This document shows positions 1 through 9,316 of a stretch of 64,000 bases of DNA, piece after piece. A program made the translations under genes and the position numbers. The first letter of the stretch is position 1; every line of letters begins with the position of its first letter. The DNA is from a virus: IMG/VR virus record IMGVR_UViG_3300049489_000321, positions 32,001 through 96,000 of that record, one strand, 5' to 3'. A model generated the notes under the pieces. That model searched no databases. It was not told where the DNA came from and was given only the letters and a program-made list of their open reading frames with translations.

Positions 1-289
1 GAAATCCCATAACTAGACGAGTATACTTCTTTGCCTGTAGTGCGTGTCTACCTTCGTGCCACAACACGCTGTATTCACCTGTGAATCTAGGCATGTCTGC
101 TAGGTTAGGACGATACACTGTATACCCGATGGTCGTCCAGAAATCCGCCATATAGTATGGATTTCCTACTAGTTTTAATAGTCTACTTATTAAGTTCTGG
201 TGCCACACGTTTCGTTTGTTTTTAACATTAAATTTAGGTACAAAACGTTGTTGTATACGTGCTAGCGCACTAATTGCTGTTTTATGCAT
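1..289 (-). CDS. HExxH zinc metallopeptidase-like protein (runs off window edge)
   Basis: Manual translation MHKTAISALARIQQRF...FWTTIGYTVY...VLWHEGRHALQAKKY; HEGRH motif; not in ORF track. Confidence 0.6.
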   Translation of the reverse strand, partial: MHKTAISALARIQQRFVPKFNVKNKRNVWHQNLISRLLKLVGNPYYMADFWTTIGYTVYRPNLADMPRFTGEYSVLWHEGRHALQAKKYTRLVMGF

Positions 290-292
290 AAA

Positions 293-880
293 TTACGTCC
301 ATAGATATCCTCTAATAGAAACCAGTTTAATAAGTTGCTCATTATCGCGTGTGTCTGAAAAGTTGTACGCCTTTAACCAAGCTTCCATATCCCCGCTCTC
401 GTCGGCCTCTTTCATTAAACGCTTGGACTCTTTGTAGTCTTTTTCACGACCACCATTAACCCACCATTCGTATAGTTCAACGGCGGTTTCGTACACACGT
501 TTTGATTCTTCATCAGCGCTGTATTCGTATTGAAATAGTAGATTTTTCAATCCCTTTTCTTTTTCACAAAAGTCTTGGAAGATGTTAAAAGCAGCGTACA
601 AAATGGCGGAATCTCTATCGATCCATCCCCATTTGTAACCCGTAGCCTTGTTAGCCAAAGACACCATGTGATATCTGTTCCATATATGGCATCTAATGAA
701 ATACCAAGCATGTGAAAGATTACTTACCACGTGCCTATGCCACAACAAAGGCAATTCACGTTTAATAAAGTATTGCACAGGGAATTTACTTTTAGTTTCG
801 TCGTGCCAAGTTTCCCATTCTTCCCACGTCAAGCCATCAGGAGTATTGTATGCAGTCCAAAATAGTAAGAATCTTTTCAT
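293..880 (-). CDS. hypothetical phage protein
   Basis: 195-aa ORF in a tightly packed minus-strand operon. Confidence 0.7.
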   Translation of the reverse strand: MKRFLLFWTAYNTPDGLTWEEWETWHDETKSKFPVQYFIKRELPLLWHRHVVSNLSHAWYFIRCHIWNRYHMVSLANKATGYKWGWIDRDSAILYAAFNIFQDFCEKEKGLKNLLFQYEYSADEESKRVYETAVELYEWWVNGGREKDYKESKRLMKEADESGDMEAWLKAYNFSDTRDNEQLIKLVSIRGYLWT

Positions 881-881
881 A

Positions 882-1133
882 TTAGTAATTTTCTTCTATA
901 TCTGGTTGTACAGCAAAATCTTTTATAATCTCCATAATACAAGACTCGCATAGATCGAATCTGTATTCGGTGCAATCACCCATTCGTGAGCCGTATCCAC
1001 CAGAATACCAAACATCAAGGAAGTTACCGTTTGTTACTTCTTCCTTATCTATAGTAAGTTCGCATCTATTGCAAACCACTGCTTTATGTATAACTACCGA
1101 TGTGGTTACTTGTTTTGTTTCTGTAATTCTCAT
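882..1133 (-). CDS. small Zn-ribbon protein
   Basis: CNRC...DLCESC; ATGA overlap with neighbour. Confidence 0.65.
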   Translation of the reverse strand: MRITETKQVTTSVVIHKAVVCNRCELTIDKEEVTNGNFLDVWYSGGYGSRMGDCTEYRFDLCESCIMEIIKDFAVQPDIEENY

Positions 1134-1333
1134 GAGTCGATAAGATCCAAAAGCTCTGCGCTTAGTTCGACTATCCTTGTTACCTTATCTAGCTCGTGAC
1201 TGTCAAGGCTGCCGTCGTTATAATATAAAATGCTTTTCATATTATTTACAGCCATTCTAAAGTTCATATCTTTTGTTTTGCTCTGCAGTAATGGCAACCA
1301 CATTGCAATGCAATCTCGTGTGCTTATCCCCAT
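1130..1333 (-). CDS. hypothetical protein
   Basis: Overlaps both neighbours in the operon. Confidence 0.55.
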   Translation of the reverse strand: MGISTRDCIAMWLPLLQSKTKDMNFRMAVNNMKSILYYNDGSLDSHELDKVTRIVELSAELLDLIDS

Positions 1334-2187
1334 TTACGTTTAAAGTCTCCTGGTTCCATAGAACAGTAGTCGTCCCAATATTCTTTATTATCAAATTTAC
1401 CAGATGAAGTAGTCGCTTTTTCAAACAATTGGTCCACAAAACTTTTAGTCACTCGTTCAGGTTCGGTTGGTGGAGCTTCTACTAGTTCATCTAGTGTAGT
1501 AAATCCGCGTTTTTTGTATTTATCAATTCTGTGCAAAGCAGTACTTACATTAGCCGTACCGCATATAAGTAGTTTTTTATCCAAATTAGCCTTCACCGCA
1601 CCTTCGTTTTGGTAAAACATGTGTGTTACTGTCTTTCCTCCAAAAGCGTGATACGCTATACCTACTCTGCAGTGTAATAAATCAAAATGCCTAATAACAT
1701 CATAACAACTATTGTGCCACTGTCTTTTAATTAGTTGAATAGGCTTATCTACAGGCAACATGTTCAACGGTCCTGGTAGCATGTTAATATAATTTAGTTT
1801 ATATGGTTCTTTTTGTAGCAAATTCAGATCGTTAGGATCTTCTACGTAATACCCTAAATCAGTCAATCTGTTAACAACTCTAGTAAACTGTTGAAGATCT
1901 TTGAAGAAGATATCAATGTCATTAGCGTCGCCTAGATTGCCGTAAAGACAAGCTGCCACACATCCCCCAGCAATGTACACGTCTTCTGGAATCCAATCCA
2001 AACAATCCTGAATTTTCTGTATTCCCTGCTTGTCCTTCCACGGAACAGTGTTCATTTCACACGTAGGTAACTCATGTCCATTAATGTGTGACGCGTAACT
2101 AAATTCCTCTGCCGACATGCTTTCGCCTGTTGCATGGTTTATTTTGTCAGGAATGTTGCTGGTTTTGTTATTTTTTGTGTATGACAT
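1324..2187 (-). CDS. Pol-beta-superfamily nucleotidyltransferase (CCA/polyA-polymerase-like head domain)
   Basis: YIAGGCV...NDIDIFF (hGG...DxD), later FD and R..KY..RGF motifs. Confidence 0.7.
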   Translation of the reverse strand: MSYTKNNKTSNIPDKINHATGESMSAEEFSYASHINGHELPTCEMNTVPWKDKQGIQKIQDCLDWIPEDVYIAGGCVAACLYGNLGDANDIDIFFKDLQQFTRVVNRLTDLGYYVEDPNDLNLLQKEPYKLNYINMLPGPLNMLPVDKPIQLIKRQWHNSCYDVIRHFDLLHCRVGIAYHAFGGKTVTHMFYQNEGAVKANLDKKLLICGTANVSTALHRIDKYKKRGFTTLDELVEAPPTEPERVTKSFVDQLFEKATTSSGKFDNKEYWDDYCSMEPGDFKRKWG

Positions 2188-2539
2188 TTACTATTTTTTG
2201 GTAGATACTGAGACCGGCTCTTTTTGCTTCAAATAACATGTTATTTGAACCATCACTTGTTCCATCCCACACTAGCACCAACCCTCCGGTTGATCCAACG
2301 TATTCGGCCATTTCTTTGTTTCTTTTTGGACCGGCTGCTAGCCCAAAAGTATTCCACTTAGCTATGAATGGTTGCACGGGAATGTCGTATTTATTGGCAT
2401 AATCCTCGCCTAAGCTATCTACGCCTCTACATCTTCCTGAGACTATTTCTGTTATAACAAATCCACTCTCTTTTATAGCCTGTTCTACTACGTCGTAGTC
2501 GTAGAAGTTACGAGATCCAGCCACAATTACTTTCATCAA
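2168..2539 (-). CDS. YspA/SLOG-family protein (DUF2493-like)
   Basis: KVIVAGSRNF, VSGRCRGVD, AAGPKRNKEMAEY, WDGTSDGS. Confidence 0.85.
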   Translation of the reverse strand: MMKVIVAGSRNFYDYDVVEQAIKESGFVITEIVSGRCRGVDSLGEDYANKYDIPVQPFIAKWNTFGLAAGPKRNKEMAEYVGSTGGLVLVWDGTSDGSNNMLFEAKRAGLSIYQKIVNVIHKK

Positions 2540-2946
2540 TGATACGTCTTTTTTAGTGCCGTTTCAGCGTCGTAGAGCTTAACTTTACCTTCTGGCGTGT
2601 CTAAGGTGTTTTGGAATTCAAATACACGCATAAATGGCACATCTGTGTGGTGATCTTCCCTCGCCTCAAGGTACTCTTGAAAAAGCACGTCTTTGGCTCT
2701 TTCTTCAAGAGTCTCGTATTTTACTAGGCATTCTGATTTTGGAGTAACTAAATGTACTTGTTCTTTGCTTTTTCCAAAGAAATGAAAGACCTTGACAGCA
2801 GACTTGTAGTACCTGGCGCACTCGTTTGCGTATTCTATGGCTTTATTCTTATTAAGAACATCTCGTAAGACCTTCCAATAGTTAGCTCCCATATGCGGCT
2901 CAGCCATATGCAGCATCTCGATCCTGAATACGTTAATTATGGACAT
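2536..2946 (-). CDS. hypothetical protein
   Basis: ORF coupled to neighbours. Confidence 0.6.
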   Translation of the reverse strand: MSIINVFRIEMLHMAEPHMGANYWKVLRDVLNKNKAIEYANECARYYKSAVKVFHFFGKSKEQVHLVTPKSECLVKYETLEERAKDVLFQEYLEAREDHHTDVPFMRVFEFQNTLDTPEGKVKLYDAETALKKTYH

Positions 2947-3158
2947 GAGACAATAACGTTATGAATCTCGCTAATTACTTTTTTATCAACACCATTTTTT
3001 ATTAATATGTCTAGTACTTCTTCTTTCATTCTGAAGCGTCCCTCTAAGTAACTATCAACACACGCATCAGACAGTACCTTAGCTAGTGTGTTGATAGTTA
3101 CTTTGGGTTGGGCTAACTCATGCAAAGTATTAGCTAATATGTTATTAATCTCGTTCAT
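2937..3158 (-). CDS. hypothetical protein
   Basis: ORF coupled to neighbours. Confidence 0.55.
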   Translation of the reverse strand: MNEINNILANTLHELAQPKVTINTLAKVLSDACVDSYLEGRFRMKEEVLDILIKNGVDKKVISEIHNVIVSCP

Positions 3159-3462
3159 CTAGCTTCTCTTGTAGATCCCAAATTGTTTGTTGCGCGTCTT
3201 CCAGATCATGTTCTAGCTCTGTGACCTTGTGCTCAAGATCGTTAACCTGTTGTTGTAGGAAATAGTTTTCGTCTTCTAAATCTTCCTTGTCCACTTGATC
3301 CTCCTTTACGTCTTGTTCGTAAGCATCTAACACTTGTCTCTCTATGCAATACCGCAAATCTCGTATAGTGTCTACTCTATTCCAGTCAGATAACAACGTT
3401 GCTTTTTGCTCTAATTCATTGAAAATATTGTTAAATTTGTCTTTACTGTAGCTGTCGCTCAT
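3145..3462 (-). CDS. acidic coiled-coil protein
   Basis: Heptad-rich C-terminus; probable start MSDSYS at 3462; first gene of leftward operon. Confidence 0.6.
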   Translation of the reverse strand: MSDSYSKDKFNNIFNELEQKATLLSDWNRVDTIRDLRYCIERQVLDAYEQDVKEDQVDKEDLEDENYFLQQQVNDLEHKVTELEHDLEDAQQTIWDLQEKLDERD

Positions 3463-3547
3463 GTCTATATACCACCACACTACCTGTCGATCGTCAAGAA
3501 ATGATGATTATTTTTATTAATTGTTTAAAAAACACTAATATTTCACT

Positions 3548-3576
3548 TGCACTGGTGTTGAAAGCGTACTACTTTT
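3548..3576 (+). promoter_or_regulatory. putative sigma70-type promoter for rightward operon
   Basis: TTGCAC-17-TACTTT in AT-rich divergent intergenic region. Confidence 0.35.
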
Positions 3577-3614
3577 AACCTTGGCCGTATAAAGAGCCAG
3601 AAAGAAGTTATAAA

Positions 3615-3836
3615 ATGATTAAAAGTATTAGAACCGGAGAAAAAACCACCGCCCGCCGTTTTGCCCAGGAAGTGCTGGCTGAGGGGATTGTTTCGCGTAA
3701 GGAAGCTGGTTGTACAGATCCAGAAATGACCGATCGCGAAAGGACTCAAGTTGTAGAGCACATTAACAAGCTTTCAGATAAGTTGCTTGCGCGCCTTCGT
3801 GTAGAAGCTCCAACTTCCGAAGAAGTTGGCGAATAA
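3615..3836 (+). CDS. hypothetical protein
   Basis: First ORF after divergent intergenic region. Confidence 0.65.
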   Translation: MIKSIRTGEKTTARRFAQEVLAEGIVSRKEAGCTDPEMTDRERTQVVEHINKLSDKLLARLRVEAPTSEEVGE

Positions 3837-3861
3837 GTAGTTTAAGTACGGTAGGAAGTTT

Positions 3862-4050
3862 ATGTTAAGTGACAAACAAAAGAAATTACTAGATACTTTA
3901 ACGCAAGCTTGGGCTAAACGTCCAGGGTTGCGGCTAGGTCAATTACTTGACGAAGCTTCCTACCGTAGCGGGTATGGAGAGCCGGCACTGGTTTGCGACG
4001 AAGATATCGAACAAGCACTTAGAGAATTTGTAGGATTACCAAGGAAATAG
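3862..4050 (+). CDS. small phage protein, DUF1040/YihD-like
   Basis: W.K.P.LRLGQLL motif. Confidence 0.55.
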   Translation: MLSDKQKKLLDTLTQAWAKRPGLRLGQLLDEASYRSGYGEPALVCDEDIEQALREFVGLPRK

Positions 4051-4931
4051 TGATGTACGTACACTGGTTGAGCGATCAACACTGGAATTGGATTTCACCA
4101 AAGGAACTACTAGCCTATGGACATAAACTTGGAAACAGTATCCAGAGCGAGGATCATATCACTATTTCTGGTGATCTTAGTGATGGTGATTGTTTGGTGG
4201 CTAATTTAGTTAATTTTGTAAATGCAGTTAGAGAAGTTCGCAATGATGCAAAAATTAGCTTTGTTCTTGGCAACCACGATTATTGGGGAACCAGTATAGA
4301 CCATCAGCAAAAAGACGTGCTATCCGCAGCTAAGACGCTTGGTATTACCTATTTAACCAAAGAGAATGCAACCATTCTTTCAAGCAACACCGCGTTAGTA
4401 GGTACAGACGGATGGGCGGACGGCGGGTTCGGTAACGCACACGGACCTCTTATAATGGGAGATTGGACGTGTATCAAAGATCTAAAACCTATTTATAAGG
4501 TATTTGGTGTAGGTAAATTGACCGATTTTGTAAAAAAATTAGCAGAACAAGAAGTAGCCAATGTAGCTAGTAAAATATCAAAAATTGTATCTAGTCACGA
4601 AAACATAATTATAGTTACACATATTCCTCCTTGGAAAGAAGCCACCTGGCATGAAGACGCGATTAGTAACAATACATTTTTACCTTGGTTTTCCTCAAAA
4701 ATAATGGGCGAATATCTACTAGATGTAGCTAATATAAATAAAGACAACAAATTCACTGTTTTATGTAGTCACACACATGGTGCTGGCGTTTTTATCGCAG
4801 CTAATAACCTTAGATGCTATACAGGCTTTGCAGACTACAGGCATCCACAGCGCGCCGGCCTTCTACGCGTAGACTCGACAGGAGTTACTATGGAAGAATT
4901 TCATAACCCACACAACAACCGGATTGACTAA
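4050..4931 (+). CDS. calcineurin-like metallophosphoesterase
   Basis: SDQH, GDLSD, GNHD, VTH, SHTH motifs. Confidence 0.9.
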   Translation: MMYVHWLSDQHWNWISPKELLAYGHKLGNSIQSEDHITISGDLSDGDCLVANLVNFVNAVREVRNDAKISFVLGNHDYWGTSIDHQQKDVLSAAKTLGITYLTKENATILSSNTALVGTDGWADGGFGNAHGPLIMGDWTCIKDLKPIYKVFGVGKLTDFVKKLAEQEVANVASKISKIVSSHENIIIVTHIPPWKEATWHEDAISNNTFLPWFSSKIMGEYLLDVANINKDNKFTVLCSHTHGAGVFIAANNLRCYTGFADYRHPQRAGLLRVDSTGVTMEEFHNPHNNRID

Positions 4932-5434
4932 TGTACACATTGATCGGTACAGAAACTACTGGTCCTGATATCGGCAAACACCAGATTTTAGAACTAGTAG
5001 TATTGACGACAACAGATGCGTTTGAAATAAAAAACGTATCACCTACGTACGTCCTCCACAGGACGCCAGGGTCGCTTATAACGAAAGAAGCCTACGAAGC
5101 GTACTCTTCTAACAAACTTCTTGAAGAATGCGCTATATCGTCTATTAACCCAATGAAAGCAGAGCACTCATTGATCGAGCGCTTTGGTAGACATAACAGA
5201 AACATGTTAAATGCTACAACAATTTACGCAGATAGCGCTGCGGAACTGCACGTTAAACACGCAATGCCAGAATTTTACAATTCTATAGGCAGAAAAACCG
5301 TGTATTACGACACGGTTTTGCCTGCGGAGTGGGACAGTAAATTTGCTAAATCAAATAGAGCGCTTGAAACCGTGCTAGTAATGTTAAGTAACATAAAGAA
5401 GCTTGTAAATACCTGTAATTTAACACTTAATTAG
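4931..5434 (+). CDS. oligoribonuclease/DEDDh exonuclease-like protein, degenerate
   Basis: IGTETTGPD....ILEL resembles ExoI motif DxETTGLD but first Asp is Gly. Confidence 0.5.
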   Translation: MYTLIGTETTGPDIGKHQILELVVLTTTDAFEIKNVSPTYVLHRTPGSLITKEAYEAYSSNKLLEECAISSINPMKAEHSLIERFGRHNRNMLNATTIYADSAAELHVKHAMPEFYNSIGRKTVYYDTVLPAEWDSKFAKSNRALETVLVMLSNIKKLVNTCNLTLN

Positions 5435-5504
5435 ATATATCGACACTGATTAAGCCGTGGTATAGTAAAAGTGTAGTAATATACAAAAGGACGCTAAACT
5501 ATTA

Positions 5505-6656
5505 ATGCCTAATAACCAGCAGAAAAAGTGCTCTAAATGCGCACAACACAAGAGTGAATCGGAATACCAGAGAGACTCTTCACAATCGTCAGGGCTCAAA
5601 TCGGCCTGTAGAAGCTGTTGCAACGAGGCTAAGCGCGCCGCTAGACAAGGGTACAGTCCTGAGCACAGCATGACTAAAACAGTACCAGACGGGTTCCATG
5701 TAAAAGGAGTATCCAGTCTGTATGATGCTAGTGGAGAACTAGTTGCACAATGGGTTAAAAGCGCAGCAGATAAAGACAACGAAGTTCAAGCACTTTTAAC
5801 CGCCATGGAAACACTTGCTGCTCCGTACAAGGGACTTGCTAAACCGGTTAAAAGACCTGCTGAATCAGACAGCGACCTACTTGTTGTTTACCCTCTCGGA
5901 GATCCACATATAGGAATGCATGCGTGGTCACGTGAAACTGGTGACAACTTTGATTTGAAAATTGCTGAAGCGGACCTGACAGTAGCCGTTGATCGCCTGG
6001 TTGAGCTTGCTCCTGCTTCGAAAGAGGCACTAATAGTAAGTCTAGGTGATTTAAGCCATGCAGATTCTACAAAAAATCAAACCACTAAGGGAACACCTGT
6101 TGACGTTGATAGTAGGTGGCCAAAAGTTCTTGAAGTAATAATCCGTACGATGCGTAGGTTGATTGAACGAGCACTACAAAAACACGAACACGTTACTGTA
6201 ATTATAGCTCTTGGTAATCACGATCACCACACAAGCATCGTGGTAGGTACTTGTTTAGCCAATTACTACGAAAACGAACCACGCGTAACTATTGACAACA
6301 CACCAAGTAAATTCCATTGGTACAGATTTGGAGACAACTTACTTGGTGTACACCATGGAGATTCTACAAAGAGGGACGCACTTCCCGGTGTGATGGCTTG
6401 TGATCGTGCAAAGGACTGGGGTGAAACAAAGTATCGTATGATGATGGTTGGCCATTTCCACCATGAAACAGTAAAAGAATACCCTGGAGTTGTGGTAGAG
6501 ACATTCAACACGCTTTCTCCAAAAGACGCGTGGCACGCCTCCTGCGGTTATAGATCAGACCAAAATTTAAAATGCGATGTATGGCATAAAAACTTTGGAC
6601 GTATCATGCGACACACTGTTGGAATAAACCAAGTAAGAGCACTTCAGAAGAAATAA
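5505..6656 (+). CDS. metallophosphoesterase with N-terminal CxxC...CxxC zinc finger
   Basis: GDPH, GDLSH, GNHD, HHGD, GHFHH; N-term CSKC...CRSC. Confidence 0.85.
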   Translation: MPNNQQKKCSKCAQHKSESEYQRDSSQSSGLKSACRSCCNEAKRAARQGYSPEHSMTKTVPDGFHVKGVSSLYDASGELVAQWVKSAADKDNEVQALLTAMETLAAPYKGLAKPVKRPAESDSDLLVVYPLGDPHIGMHAWSRETGDNFDLKIAEADLTVAVDRLVELAPASKEALIVSLGDLSHADSTKNQTTKGTPVDVDSRWPKVLEVIIRTMRRLIERALQKHEHVTVIIALGNHDHHTSIVVGTCLANYYENEPRVTIDNTPSKFHWYRFGDNLLGVHHGDSTKRDALPGVMACDRAKDWGETKYRMMMVGHFHHETVKEYPGVVVETFNTLSPKDAWHASCGYRSDQNLKCDVWHKNFGRIMRHTVGINQVRALQKK

Positions 6657-6659
6657 ACA

Positions 6660-7136
6660 GTGAAGCTGCAGGAAAAGCGCTATTCGTGTGGGCCAGCGGC
6701 ACTACGTGCCGCGCTTTATATGCTTGGACGAAAAGTACGTGAGTCTACTATACGAAAGATAGCCGGTACCACTCCACAGGAGGGTACCGATGAATTTGGC
6801 TTGTTTAAGGCCATAAAACACTATGGCTATGAGTATGACGAGTACACAGACAAAGATCCAACACGTGGTTGGAACCGCATCAAGCGCAATCTACGTATCG
6901 GTCAGCCGTCTATTCTTTGTGTGTCTTGCTCTGAAGACCTGGACCACTGGGTCAGTGCAATTGGTCTAAACGGTGATAACGTCATAATATTTGACCCACA
7001 GAATCCAGACAGCAAATCCAAAAAATACTCCGGTCTTCAAGTAGTTGATATTGATGATTTTTATGAAAAATGGTCTTTTACCGACGAAGACGGTATCGAC
7101 AAGTTTTACAGTATAACTATTGTGAAAGAAGAATAA
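6660..7136 (+). CDS. C39-like cysteine peptidase
   Basis: Q....SCGPAAL, DHWV, IFDP. Confidence 0.85.
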   Translation: MKLQEKRYSCGPAALRAALYMLGRKVRESTIRKIAGTTPQEGTDEFGLFKAIKHYGYEYDEYTDKDPTRGWNRIKRNLRIGQPSILCVSCSEDLDHWVSAIGLNGDNVIIFDPQNPDSKSKKYSGLQVVDIDDFYEKWSFTDEDGIDKFYSITIVKEE

Positions 7137-7140
7137 TACG

Positions 7141-7479
7141 ATGTTTCCTAAAAAAGTAAAAATTCAAAATCAAACGTGGTCTATTGAGTACTGTGATGTT
7201 CGTCAAAAAGCAAACGACGATCATATACGCTTTATAGGAGATATAGACTCTGACGAGGTAATGGGTTATTGCGACGTTACTAAAAGAGAGATTTGCGTTG
7301 ACGACGACATGTGCGAAGCAGCGCAAGTAGAAGTACTTCTTCATGAAATTGGACATGGATTTTTTAACGTACTACCCCACAATATTCCTTCGGAATATGA
7401 TGAAAATTTTGCAAAAATGTTCGCAACAGCTGTGTTAGACTTGTGTATAAATAATAAATTAGATTGGATCAAAAAATAA
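7141..7479 (+). CDS. HExxH metallopeptidase-like phage protein
   Basis: G.C.....I....LLHEIGH...E. Confidence 0.7.
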   Translation: MFPKKVKIQNQTWSIEYCDVRQKANDDHIRFIGDIDSDEVMGYCDVTKREICVDDDMCEAAQVEVLLHEIGHGFFNVLPHNIPSEYDENFAKMFATAVLDLCINNKLDWIKK

Positions 7480-8022
7480 TTGAAATACATAAACACAATA
7501 CTGTTGTCGGTATACCTTCTGTCTTGCCACAATAACAATGGATCTACTTTTGTTGGAAAAGACGACGTATTAAGGACGCCTGTTTTTGTTTATGTTAATG
7601 AAAAGTCAGATCAAGAATATTACGTAGAATCTGCTGTTAGCATGCTCCATACAGCAATTGGTTGTGAGATATTTATGGTGATTTCAGAAGACGCTTACGT
7701 AGCAGACGTATTTATTGAAAATCACAGAAACATTAAAGATGGCAAAAACACGCTACCTAAAGCAGACAACGGCAACTACAGGTTGGCAGATGTTTCTAAA
7801 CAAAAGAGATGGAGTAGAACTGTTTTCATAGTACGCATGTTTGCAGATTATAAAGATATTTTTCAAACTATGATTTATATACACGAATTACTTCACGTCT
7901 TAGGAGTAGACCACGACACCGTTCCTAGTGGTATAATGAATGCTGTTATAGACAAGAACCACGATCAACTGTCTAATGAGCTAATAGCTGATCTACACAA
8001 CTCATATTGTCAAGCTCAATAA
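7480..8022 (+). CDS. metzincin/matrixin-like protease, putative lipoprotein
   Basis: Lipobox-like LLSC; HELLHVLGVDH plus Met-turn GIMN. Confidence 0.75.
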   Translation: MKYINTILLSVYLLSCHNNNGSTFVGKDDVLRTPVFVYVNEKSDQEYYVESAVSMLHTAIGCEIFMVISEDAYVADVFIENHRNIKDGKNTLPKADNGNYRLADVSKQKRWSRTVFIVRMFADYKDIFQTMIYIHELLHVLGVDHDTVPSGIMNAVIDKNHDQLSNELIADLHNSYCQAQ

Positions 8023-8048
8023 TATTGAATGCTTAGATGCAAATTCAC

Positions 8049-8077
8049 TTGCATAATTCAAAAGTAATATATACAAT
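8049..8077 (+). promoter_or_regulatory. putative sigma70-type promoter
   Basis: TTGCAT-17-TACAAT. Confidence 0.55.
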
Positions 8078-8159
8078 AATATTGAGGTGACAGTAATGAG
8101 CACGGAGAATACATTGCGAATTTAACACCAGCGTAACCGATGTTACTAAGGAGTTCGCA

Positions 8160-8351
8160 ATGGCGATTAAAAAGTATAGAGTGAGAGTAAAAGTAGAATT
8201 TACGTTAGATATACCTGTAACTGCGTCTAACGAAGACGACGCAATAGAAGAATTCGAAAAAGTAATACATAAACACGATAACTACGAAATAGTAAACAGA
8301 GCTATTAAAAAAGAGATGGAAATTGTTGATATTAACGAAGCATATGAATAG
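8160..8351 (+). CDS. small hypothetical phage protein
   Basis: AAGGAG RBS; KKYRVRV....V.A..EDDA pattern. Confidence 0.7.
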   Translation: MAIKKYRVRVKVEFTLDIPVTASNEDDAIEEFEKVIHKHDNYEIVNRAIKKEMEIVDINEAYE

Positions 8352-8514
8352 TGAAAACGACAACCAAGAAGCTATAGAGAACTTACTAAGAGCTGCTAAA
8401 ACAGTTGTCAACCAGCACTGTGGATGGTATAAAGAAACGTGTCAGTGCTCTCTATGCGCGCTGCAACGGTGTGTAACAGAATATGAGACTAAAACTGTAC
8501 GAAGTAACGTCTAA
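8344..8514 (+). CDS. small Cys/His protein
   Basis: HC....CQC..C; overlaps neighbours. Confidence 0.5.
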   Translation: MNSENDNQEAIENLLRAAKTVVNQHCGWYKETCQCSLCALQRCVTEYETKTVRSNV

Positions 8515-8821
8515 CGAGACGTGGTGGGTAGCTAGTTTTGACGAACTAGGTGTAACGAGCTTAATTAGAGAAGAGATGGAGTCGCGAGATTACGCGGACG
8601 ACGAAATTGACAATATGTTGAGTGAATTTGATATAAATGAACTTACGAAGTACGAGGCTGAGTCTATCGGTGTTTCCACTAGATTCGACGGAGACGTGCG
8701 GTCACTTTGGAGTCTCTATGTATCCAATAAACGTGAATGTGTTTTAGGAACATCCGTTGATCAAGAATCTGTAGATCTTGAAGGAGTCGAAGAACTAAAC
8801 TTCGACTCAGATGACTATTAA
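8483..8821 (+). CDS. acidic hypothetical protein
   Basis: ORF in operon. Confidence 0.65.
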   Translation: MRLKLYEVTSNETWWVASFDELGVTSLIREEMESRDYADDEIDNMLSEFDINELTKYEAESIGVSTRFDGDVRSLWSLYVSNKRECVLGTSVDQESVDLEGVEELNFDSDDY

Positions 8822-9131
8822 TATGGACCATTTTCGCCAACCTCTGCGATACAACATTACAGTGCAGTGGTCTGATCGTCACAATGGATACATTTGTTTT
8901 GTTAATTCTTTAATAAAAAGCGCTAAGATGTTCGCTCCTGACATGAACATGATCGGAGTTGGAACGTCTCCTGAACAGGCCATTACAGATGGCTTACACA
9001 AATCTTATACATTTCTCTCGTTCCTTCAGTCGTTAGCAATCCTGCCTCCTGCTGAAGAAATAACCCCAGTTAGTGAGTTTGAAGAACGAGAACTAACTGT
9101 ACAACAAAAGACAAGTTGTGGAAATTATTGA
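8811..9131 (+). CDS. HicB-like (partial RNase H fold) protein
   Basis: Y.I.V.WS....GYI..V...G.G.SPEQAI pattern. Confidence 0.5.
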   Translation: MTINMDHFRQPLRYNITVQWSDRHNGYICFVNSLIKSAKMFAPDMNMIGVGTSPEQAITDGLHKSYTFLSFLQSLAILPPAEEITPVSEFEERELTVQQKTSCGNY

Positions 9132-9315
9132 TTATAGTGTACTTTCGGATGAAAGCGCCAAACAAGTCTTCAGAAACGCTAAACCTTGCGCCATTTGCGG
9201 CAGCAAAGATAATCTAGCTATAAGTATTGTTACAACAGGAGTAGCCGCTGGTCGGTTGCTTCTGCATTGCTTTCATTGTCAATTCGACCCAACTGAAGAT
9301 TCTGTAAAGGAATAG
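9118..9315 (+). CDS. small Zn-ribbon protein
   Basis: KPCAICGS...CFHC. Confidence 0.55.
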   Translation: MEIIDYSVLSDESAKQVFRNAKPCAICGSKDNLAISIVTTGVAAGRLLLHCFHCQFDPTEDSVKE

Positions 9316-9316
9316 C

